In this document: in pieces, positions 48,286 to 64,000 of the stretch | Numbering within the stretch: position 1 is the stretch's first letter | How the letters are laid out: every line of letters starts with the position of its first letter | Assembly: GCA_030141605.1 (NCBI GenBank) | Contig: JAQGDQ010000639.1 | Span: forward strand, 57,124 to 121,123 | From: Tubiluchus corallicola | Lineage: Eukaryota > Animalia > Priapulida | DNA length: 64,000 bases | Reading direction: 5' to 3' | Made by a program: the position numbers and the translations under genes | Notes under the pieces: model-generated | Database searches by the model: none | The model's input: the letters and a program-made list of their open reading frames with translations, nothing else | Told to the model about the DNA's origin: nothing

Positions 48286-48999
48286 CATTTCCAGAGAAGT
48301 AGAATTCATATAATTTACTAGTGACAGACGCCATCAGTGTTTTTCTTGAATTGAGCAAGATTGTGGCATTAGTGAAAACGAACTTTGTAACAGTGAATTC
48401 AACAGCCCGTCAGAAAAAACAGTTAAACAGTACACGTAAGCAAGTTTAACAAATTCCAGTATGGTCTTGGTAACATCGTTGGGCTGTTTCTTACCATCTA
48501 CTCAAAATCAATTTCATTCATTTCAATTTTATTTAAATTTAAATTTCATTTCAATATCAGTTTCATTTTTCTATTTTGGTTTGTTTTTTGGCACACACGT
48601 CATCGGATTGTATGCCAATGTGTGGCGATGACTACAAAGCAGCACTGGCGATTATCTGCATGTATGTCTGTCATTTCACATAAATTGTGTTTGTTAACCT
48701 AACTGCAGGATATGAAAGACCCGATGCCAAGTAATTGTTGAATTTCAATGTGTGTCCTGAAATCATTAATCAAGGAGCGTCTAGCCCGGGGTGCTACTTG
48801 ACAGGCACTTGTCAGACTGAGGGGTACAATGGAATGCAAGCTCAGATCTATATATAATTCTAACGAGTCCAACCATCCCTTTAGGTAAAATGGCTGGAAA
48901 GTTGAAAAGAAACAGCAGTTCTTATGTTTTACTGAAGTTAGAAAAACGAATACTACAATTTATCGCTAAGTGTATTATTGACCAAGCAATTTACCAGAC

Positions 49000-50272
49000 A
49001 GACAAACACACAGGCAGCCAGACAGACAGACGGACAGACAGTCAGTAAGACAGACAGATAGACAGGCAGACAGAAAAGCACGTAGACAGACAGTCAGTCA
49101 GTCAATCAGTCAGACAGATAGACAGGCTGACAGACAAGCAAGTAGACACACAGACAGACAGACAGACAACCAGGCAGGCAGACAGATAGACGTAAGACAA
49201 ATAGAAAGACAGACAAGCAGGCAGAGAGACAGACAGACAGACAGGCAGATGTAAAACAAAGAAAAGGACAGACAGATGTAGGAATAAGTAGAAAAACAGA
49301 CAGATGTAAGAATAAGTAGAAAGACAGACAGATGTAAGAAAAATAGAAAGATTGCCAGATGTAAGAATAAGTAGAAAGACAGACAGATGTATGACAAATA
49401 GAAAGACAGACAAGCAGGCAGGCAGGCAGACAGACAGGCAGGCAGATGTAAAACAAATAGAAAGACAGACAGATGTAAGAATAAGTAGAAAAACAGATAG
49501 CTGTAAGAATAAGATAGAAAGACAGACAGATGTAAGAAAAATAGAAAGATAGACAGATGTAAGAATAAGTAGAAAGACAGACAGATGTAAGACAAATAGA
49601 AAGACAGGCAGATGTAAGAAAAATAGAGAGACAGACAAATGTAAGAAAAATAGAAAAACAGACAGATGTAAGAATAAGTAGAAAGACAGACAGATGTAAG
49701 AATAAGTAGAAATACAGACAGATGTAAGACAAATAGAAAGACAGACAGATGTAAGACAAATAGAGAGACAGACAGATGTAAGACAAATAAAGAGACAGAC
49801 AGATGTAAGAACAAGTAGAAAGACAGACAGATGTAAGACAAATAGAAAGACAGGCAGATGTAAGACGAATAGAGAGACAGACAGATGTAAGACAAATAGA
49901 GAGACAGACAGATGTAAGAACAAGTAGAAAGACAGACAGATGTAAGACAAATAGAAAGACAGACAGATGTAAGACAAATAGAAAGACAGGCAGATGTAAG
50001 ACGAATAGAGAGACAGACAGATGTAAGACAAATAGAGAGACAGACAGATGTAAGAATAAGTAGAAATACAGACAGATGTAAGACAAATAGAAAGACAGAC
50101 AGATGTAAGACAAATAGAGAGACAGACAGATGTAAGACAAATAGAGAGACAGACAGATGTAAGAACAAGTAGAAAGACAGACAGATGTAAGAATAAGTAG
50201 AAAGACAGACAGATGTAAGACAAATAGAGAGACAGACAGATGTAAGACAAATAGAGAGACAGACAGATGTAA
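49000..50272. repeat. (GACA)n-derived 27/28-bp minisatellite
   Basis: Unit AGATGTAAGACAAATAGAGAGACAGAC (27-bp period at 50101/50128/50155), with a 28-bp AAGAATAAGT variant. Confidence 0.9.
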
Positions 50273-50829
50273 AAATAATAATAATAGCAGACAATACTAA
50301 TAATCGTTTTTAATTAACTGTTTCCCAACAAAGAACATGAAATTTTGTTGCTAGTATATAATACAATCACAAACAGCGTATCAGCGTTTTTAAAAACATC
50401 GGTTACCAACTGAATACGGCAACGGTTACAGTTACGTTTTACATTCACTGGATACGGCAATGGTAACACTATCTTATTTCTTACATCAAATTCACCACAC
50501 AAGCGGTCCCAAATTTTCATGATAATGAGACTTTTCAGGCTCATAGCTACGTAACCATTCACCGAAAACGTCGTTTCCGTTGCCGTATCCAGTGAATGTA
50601 AAACACGGTTAGTATTTACGTACCCAAGTGTTTCCCATGCTCTCAATAAACGTGGAATTTCGCAAATCGACGAATCAACATCATTTGCTTTGGACTTCTG
50701 CCATGCGTAACTGAAAACCTAGAAAACTATCACAGAGTCATAGATAATAATTTTACGATCTTTTCCGAATGTCTTTATAGTTTTAATACCTTGAAATTAC
50801 ACCGTTTAGCCCCGTGGAACTTGTACCTA

Positions 50830-50950
50830 GCAAACTGGACAGGATCCAACGTGCGTGTGCTGGCTGAGTTTATGACTATCAATGCGCATGCGCGTACTAC
50901 AACATTAATTCGTGGTAGTAAAACTCGCGGTTAGTTGGAAAACACCAATA
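50830..50950 (-). promoter_or_regulatory. Candidate promoter of the FAM172A-like gene
   Basis: Locally CpG-rich; NRF1-type palindrome TGCGCATGCGC at 50883 next to ACTACAA; minus-strand donor TAG|GTACAA at ~50828 and ATG GGA AAC ACT TGG|GTACGT at ~50638. Confidence 0.35.
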
Positions 50951-53900
50951 AACCACACGGGGTATCCGGTACACGAATAAAAACTCGTTAAAAACCCGAC
51001 TGCTGTCCGAATTGTAAATTATTCGAACTCTGTATAATTCGAACTGAAAACGCGACCAAAATTCGAGTCGTTAAATCACCCGAACTCTGTATAATTCGAG
51101 CTGAAAACTCGACCAAAATCCGAGTCGTTAAATCACTCAAACTGTGTACAATTCGAACTGGTATCCGAGTTCGAATTAAACGTACACGACTATAATAGCT
51201 GTTAAGGATTAATTACGCATGGTGGCATAAGAGGAAAACTAGAACTATTTAGACCGAAATTCGAGTTGTGAAATTACTCGACCTCTGACTAATTCGATTG
51301 ATATTATAGTTCCGATTCAACATACTCGACTATAATTGATCAGAATTACTTATGCCTGTTGGTATAAGAGCAAAAACTGGTTAAAAACATCGACAAAAAC
51401 CGGTGTTGTTACATTACCCGAACTTTGCATAATTCGAACTGAAAACTCGACCAAAATCACAGTCGTTAAATCACTCGAACTCTGTGTAATCGGAATTCGA
51501 GTTAAAGGACAAGAAAAGGGGCACCTGAAGTAGGTTTCAGAAAAATTTTATGCATATATCATACTCGCTTTGAGAGGAATTTTCGTTTGTTTTCATTTTA
51601 ATTCTCGCGCAATACTATTCCGACGGCGCCATTGCATGACGTCATATACGCACAACGTAAATCAGGGGACGAATGGCAATGTTGAATTATGAACCCAAAA
51701 AACCTTCCGTGAATATCTATAGTACTTAGCATTTCACTTACCTGCTGGAAAGACTTATGTAACAAGAAATAGTAATTTAAAATGTTTGTGCCAATTGGTA
51801 AAATGTTGTTGACTCACCCTCCAGGGTGCGCCACTCACTAACTAAAAAGGTATTTTTAATCTCATTGACAAGATACAGTAATTTGAAATTTTACTTAGTT
51901 AGCAACGTGTGGTTCAAACGACCTACCATTAAAATGGCTGCGTCTAACGGTGACCGCAGGAGTTTGCTAGCCATGCATACGAAAAGGTAGTATGTAAGTG
52001 GTATAAAATTTCGAGACGAATTTTTTAACCTTCATGTAAGTGGAAGGTTTTCTTGTGCTTTAAACATTCTCGACTATAGCTAATATTAATTACTTTTGCA
52101 TGGTGGTTTAAGAAGAAAATCTCATTAAGAAACTCCATTGTAAATCTGTGTTGTGAATTATCCGAACTCTGTGTAATTCGAACTGATATCCGAATTAGAG
52201 TTAAACATTTTTTACTATAACTGATACTAATTAAAAGCAAAATTAGGACGACCTATGCGGGTTTTTCAAACAGTGCGCAAGCCGTGATCAAGCACTCGGC
52301 AATAGGACATGATTGGTAGTGAATTGTGGCAGGACCGGAATGTATTCATTATCAATGATAATCCCCAAAGCTGGTGGAGATATTGAGCATTGCAGAAGCA
52401 AAGAATCTACAAATGCACATTTTTTAAATTAGTCTTTAAAAACGTATAAGCTGTATTTTTAGCACTAAATTATCTCTCTTTTGTCACTAATAAAAACAAT
52501 AATATGTTTACAGTTGAAGGAACCTTCTTTAACAAGGGCGTATTTACCTATAGGCCCACTAGGCCTGCCACATTTTCAGGGGTTCCAGATTTTAGGATCT
52601 CAGAGCTATTCGTATAAGGTGCGCGTTTTATAACACACCACAAGCAATTCCTGAGTCGCATATAACAAACAATTACACCACAGGCAATGGCGCTATCCAT
52701 ATGTAATTTTAAATAACAAACTAGGCAACGGTGTTACTAATACACCACAAATAATTGTGAATAAGGGGGGGGGCAGAACTACCATCCTATGGCGTCCTTT
52801 ATGCGCCCCTGGTGTTCAGCACGATAAATTTGATATATTACTGCTACTATAAGCTGCATTACTACCATCAATTATGTTTAAATGTTCTATACAATTATAG
52901 TTATTACTACAAGTATAATATATAATTTAATCTCTTCTCCCTCGCTTAAATTTGGGTACATATATGTGTATATGTATATCATTATATAAACAAGTGGTGC
53001 ATTGACAGATAATCACATAATTCATATCCGTAACTATTTTAAAAAAAAATTCACTCTTTAAGGCTCACTCAATATCGTAATACATATTATGTTTTCCTTT
53101 CTCAATTTTCAGGTTTATTGCTCTTATACCATTGCTATTGTTACATCATTTACTTCATCCTTATTTACATTAAGTTATCTACAGAAGCATGCATAACTAT
53201 AATCATTTTTTCATTTAAGTAAGGTGAGTGTGTTAATGACCGTATGGTCGTACACTCACCTCACACTACTCAAATTATTACATCATTTACTTCATCCTTA
53301 TTTACATTAAGTTATCTACAGAAGCATGCATAACTATAATCATTTTTTCATTTAAGTAAGGTGAGTGTGTTGATGACGGTATGGTCGTACACTCACCTCG
53401 CACTACTCAAATTATTTTATCTAAAGTTTATTAATGTGTTTGATATTGTATTTTTTGATAAATAAATTCATAGTTCATAGTACTGTACCAAAAAAGTAAT
53501 TATTTAAAGCTGTTTCTTCTGGAATTCATAAGAAACTGGAATTTGCTTCCAACTGTAAAACAGGTAGGCGTATTTTGTTTACTTGTGTATCTTGATTAGA
53601 TATACCTTATGAAACGTTGAATCATAAAAATAACGTTTTTATATAAAATCATATAATGTACATATATAAATAATTTCTACTTGAAAATAGAACCACAAAA
53701 ACGCACTTACCTTTCAGTATATATTGTAGTATTACTGTTGCAATTCCTAGTCTTTACTTTAATATGATTGTGTTTAGTCGTCTGTGCACATTTTAAAGCA
53801 AATACATGTTAAAGCAAAGTACAATACGTGTATAATGTACGCCTTTATGTTCTATAGCTTCCTGAGCTGAAAAATTTCCAAAACAAGTACCTTAATTGCA

Positions 53901-54021
53901 GCTTTTGAAAGACCCCGAGGTTAAAAAGGTATCCAGGCATAACATGCCGAGTGGTGTGTATTGCTGCGTCGCTTACCTGACGAGCTGAAAATGATAAGTC
54001 AGCTAATTTGTGTGTGCCACG

Positions 54022-54195
54022 CCTTCCTTCTCTCTCTTTCTTTCTCTCTCTCTCCCTTTCTATCTGTCTCTCTCTTTGTATCTCTCCCTCTTCCCCTCTC
54101 TCCCTCTATCTCCCCTCTCTCTCTTTCTCTCCTCTCTCTCTCTTTCTCTCATTTTTCTCTCTCTTTCTTTCTCTCCCTCTCCCCCTCTCTCTCTC

Positions 54196-54260
<65 letters not shown>

Positions 54261-54340
54261 CTCTCTTTCTCTCCTTCTCACCTCTCTCTCACTCTCTCTC
54301 CGTCTCCTTCTGCCTGTCTCTCTTTTTCCATCTCCTTGTC

Positions 54341-54388
<48 letters not shown>

Positions 54389-54464
54389 TCTCTCTCTCTC
54401 TCTTTCTAGCTCTCTGTCCCTTTCTCTCTCTCTCTCTCGCTCTTTCTTTCTATCTCTCTCTCTC

Positions 54465-54520
<56 letters not shown>

Positions 54521-54574
54521 TTTAATGTTGTACTATTGTGATATGAACGAAAGTTTGAAATAAAGAAGTAAATC

Positions 54575-54648
<74 letters not shown>

Positions 54649-54680
54649 ATCTCTCTCTCCCATCTCTATCTCTCTTTCTG
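54022..54680. repeat. (CT)n tracts (further (CT)n/(GA)n tracts at 55430-55530, 57130-57800, 58248-58950, 61965-62355)
   Basis: Visible directly. Confidence 0.9.
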
Positions 54681-55430
54681 AAACTCGAAAGTAACAATCC
54701 GAACTTGCTAGGCAAGTTGTTCAAATAATTTTCTCAAAAATTCATTACCTTTGAAAAATGTTCGTATCGACCAATCACAAGACTCCTCGATAATTATGCC
54801 ACGTTCAAGTCGGTTTAACTTTGTTGCATAAACAATGTAGATATTGTAAGTCAGGATTCCAATATAATTTATAGTAATCAGAAAACACATCTGGTTAACA
54901 CCTCTCAAGCTACTACCTGAACAGTAGTAAGCTTAGAGTTTGGTATACATCTAAATACGTATTATGAAATGTTTGCAAACAATAACAACAGGTATACCTT
55001 TGATCTGTACGATATCTCGCTATAAATAATCAAGTACGGGTACTTGGCAAGTGTACTTAGTTATAAAAACTCCAGTTATGAGGCGATTTTGCTGAGAATG
55101 GTGTTAGTATAGTCGTATATCATTCTCTTGGCATTATATTACAATTTTTAATTACTTTACCGTGCGAATATTTCCAAGAACTCCCAACCGAGAAAATGTT
55201 GCCACGGAATAGAGTAGTAAAGATTTCCACGCCTTCTTACTCTCAGCCCAGTTCTGTGGTATAATTGCAATGTGCAGCCATGCGTGTTAATAAATAAATA
55301 AATAAACACGTAAATAAGTAAGTACAAACAAAGTCAGGCTATGGTCTGTAGTATGGCAAGCAATGGACACCATATTCTAATACAACTCCTCTGTTTTCCT
55401 CCCTATTTCTGCCCTCAATCTATCTCTCAA

Positions 55431-55532
<102 letters not shown>

Positions 55533-56029
55533 GTGCCATTCTACAGTAACGCAGTGGTCTAAATAACCAATTCAAGAAACACTAGCAAAATTTGCAACAT
55601 TAAATTATGATCCTACATTTCTCGTTATCTCAAAGCTCTAGCTTTACCTGTATAAAATGGTAATGAAATAAACGTAATGAATGCTAATGCTACCCACATG
55701 CTACCAATTGTATAACAGCTGCTACCATCACCACCATTTACAACTACCTACCTGCCAGCATTATTTATCCAAAACAAATAATGATTCACGTTTTAAAACT
55801 CACCTGAATTCTGGACACGTAGCTGGTGGATATTGTTGTGTTGGCCGCGGAAACCCAAAGTGCGCGTGAGTATTTGTAGGTTCTTCAATTTAACAGTATT
55901 TAGACCTGTCTGTTTTTATCTAGTAATGAAGCCGTGAGCTGTTTGTAGACAATAAAATTCGTCGCTAGACGCGGGATCGGTGGTTTTCAGTTAACTATTA
56001 TGTCAAAACTAGATTACTTAATTACTTGC

Positions 56030-56330
<301 letters not shown>

Positions 56331-56369
56331 TAATTAATTAACTAATTAACTACTTCATTCTATGCTAAC

Positions 56370-56985
56370 TTAAGCAGAGCGGAAATTTTTTCATAAATTA
56401 ACCCATTTACAGGTACGGTAAAAGAATACATTTCAACACCAATAATACTGCAAAAGAGTTCCTGATAATTAAATAATAGATTAAAAACTTAATTAACGGT
56501 GGGCGAGCCCAATTATTGATGACGTCACAAACTAACATAATTTTCAACAGCAAAAGTATTCCATGAATGTGTTTCATGTGTTTGTGAAAGAGAAATTTGA
56601 AATACTATAAGATATTCAGTGTGTTGTACGAAAACTAGGCAAGTTTTAAGATAAAAATTCAAAATTCAAATTTACAGCCGTACTCACGCATGTGCTGTCA
56701 AATGCGTGTAGGTCGTCACAAACTAACACATCTGAACTGACAGGTACAGCACCTCTTTTGTGCAGTGCATTTCCGAAATGCAAGGTTCTACAGCCCGCTG
56801 ACTAGGAAATGGCGAAATGCATATAACAGCGAAGAAATGGTGGCGCGAAAGTGAAACTGTGTTTGTGTGGTAATAATTATTTCGCATAAGTCATTTTTGA
56901 AAAAAATAGTATGTTTCCTTTCAGTATTTTATATGGTAGATTGTTTTGACCTGCAGTTTAAGATTAGGTCCGGTTTTGATCTAAG
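56370..56985 (+). mobile_element. Family A MITE copy
   Basis: Ends GGTCCGGTTTTGATCTAA; aligns with the other copies. Confidence 0.75.
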
Positions 56986-57167
56986 TTTTCCAATTAAAGC
57001 CAGTTTACAAGACTCTTACTAAATTTTACGTTTACAACAACTCGCCTACATAACACCAGTATCCTATAGTGCGAAGAAATTATCCTAACGTTTTTATTAA
57101 AGGGAGGAAAATAAGAAAAAGAAGTGGGAGATCAAGAGATGGAGAGAGAGAGAGAGAACGAGAGAAC

Positions 57168-57198
<31 letters not shown>

Positions 57199-57391
57199 AG
57201 GGAGAAAGAGAGAGAGAGACAAAAAAGAGAAAAAGAGAAAGAAAAGAGAGAGAGAGACAGAGAAAGAAAGAAAGTGTGCAACACAGAGAGAGAGAAAGAG
57301 ACAGGGGGAGAGAGATAAAAGAAAGAGAGAGAAAGAGAGAGGGGGGAGATGGAGAGAGAGAGAAAAAGAGACATGGAGAGAAAGAGAGAGA

Positions 57392-57441
<50 letters not shown>

Positions 57442-57911
57442 TCAGAGAGAAAGAGAGAGAGAGAGAAGAGAGTGAGAGAGAGAGAGAGAAAAGTGTGTGT
57501 GTGTGAGAGAGAGAAAGAGACAGGGGGAGAGAGATAAAAGAGAGAAAGAGAGAGAAAGAAAGAGAGAAAGAGAGACGGAGAGAGAGAGAAAAAAGAGGAG
57601 AAGGAGAGAGAGAGGGAGAGAGAAAGAAAGAAAGTGTGCAAGAGAGATAGAGAGAAAGAGAAAGAGAGAGACACGGAGAGAGGGAGAGAGAGAGAAAGAG
57701 AGAGGGAGGGAGGGAGGGAGAGTAGTTAGGAGAGAGAAAGAGAAAGACATAAAGAGATAGAAGGAGAATGGCATAGAGAGAAGGAGAAAGAAGAGAGCAT
57801 TAAAATCGGTATAAATGTTTATAAAATTTGACTTAAATTCACTAATGATTTTAGCTTTGTTTATCGTTAGATACAACACGCAGCAACAAGGTGAAATTTG
57901 AACACTGTATC

Positions 57912-62811
<4,900 letters not shown>

Positions 62812-62869
62812 GTACGTTGATTTATTATTATTGATCTCAAGCCTTTTAACGGTAACTAGTTAGTATGTG

Positions 62870-62966
62870 TTCATCATCATCATCATCACCGTCATCATCA
62901 CCATCGTCACTGTCATCATCAGCATTATAAGTCATGGTAATTACCACCCTCAACACATCACATCAC

Positions 62967-63009
<43 letters not shown>

Positions 63010-63190
63010 GTCATCATCGTCGTCGTCGTCGTCGTCGTCGTCATCATCATAATCATCAATGTTGCCATCGTCGTGGTCATAGTCATCACCACTATCACTA
63101 TCGTCATCAACATCATCATCATTACCCTCATTCCAAGTCATGGTAATGGCCACCATCAACATCACATCATGGTCATCGTCATTATCACTG
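62870..63190. repeat. (CAT/CGT)n microsatellite
   Basis: Visible directly. Confidence 0.9.
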
Positions 63191-64000
63191 TTAGTGTCTG
63201 TGAGAGGCATTTATGACAAATCTTCAAAAGTCTCAGTTAAGTTTTCACGTAAACCACTGATCTTGATTTCTGCAATATTTGAAATTAAAGTAGAAAATCA
63301 AAGTGACTGACATTGGCTAAATTTATGAAAAATTACATAGTTTAATTAGATTGTCAGTTATCAAAAATAGTTCAATCAAAAATCTTAATGAATAAATCAA
63401 GATAAAAATTAAATAGAAGTAAACTTACATCGTTGCGGCTTATATCTAATGATAAATTTCGTTAGCTTGCACAAGACATATGCATATGTTCACATAAACT
63501 ACAGAACAACATCATGAAAACATAACTGGGTCAATGCCCGCACTTTTAAAGTTTCCTGCTAGATGGAGCTGCCCTGGCTACAAAATTAAAATTTATTAAG
63601 TCAGGTTCAGACTGGCCTTAATAGCATGTACACTTCTAAAGAATTTGCACACAAATGTTTAGTATATATATATACACTAATACACTAATACATATATATA
63701 TATATATGTACTAATATATATCTATATATGAAATTGTGCACTGTTTTATACACGCTTTAAGCTTAAGCACAGTATAGCGACAGAGGCAATTTATATTTAT
63801 ACAAAAATACATTTTCATATAACTTGCTCTAGTGCTTCATTAGTTTTGAAATTAATTAAAGACTATAAACCACGCATGTGTCAATTTCCCGTTTTACAAA
63901 ACCTGCTGCAGTTGTTACTGTTAATTTCTTATTCTTACAAGTGTAACACACCACAAACGTTTGTCTGTCGCTGATTCTCTAGCAGCAACACACCACAAGC

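Noticed and set aside
48287-48335. MASVTSKLYEFYFSGN as first FAM172A exon
   Set aside because: Its phase-0 donor does not join the next identified exons; exon 45079-45122 already supplies the homologous segment.

Overview
AT-rich, intron- and microsatellite-rich eukaryotic (invertebrate animal, probably lophotrochozoan) genomic DNA. Most tracked ORFs are microsatellite artefacts. Manual splicing recovers six genes: the 3' half of UVSSA (+, 7 exons), an intronless Taspase 1 (-), a C2H2 zinc-finger gene with a frameshifted tail (+), a C1q-domain gene whose last exon is amplified into 8 variant copies (-), a divergent FAM172A/Arb2 homologue lacking its hydrolase-type residues (-), and the 5' part of a divergent NCKX/SLC24 exchanger (+). 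The strongest leads are: (i) a TTAA-flanked MITE with outward-facing symmetric splice donors and CRE/E-box motifs lying between the head-to-head Taspase and ZNF genes, (ii) the C1q terminal-exon array, and (iii) a complete 5S-rRNA-headed SINE with TSD and an RTE-like tail. Family assignments rest on recalled motifs; no database search was run.
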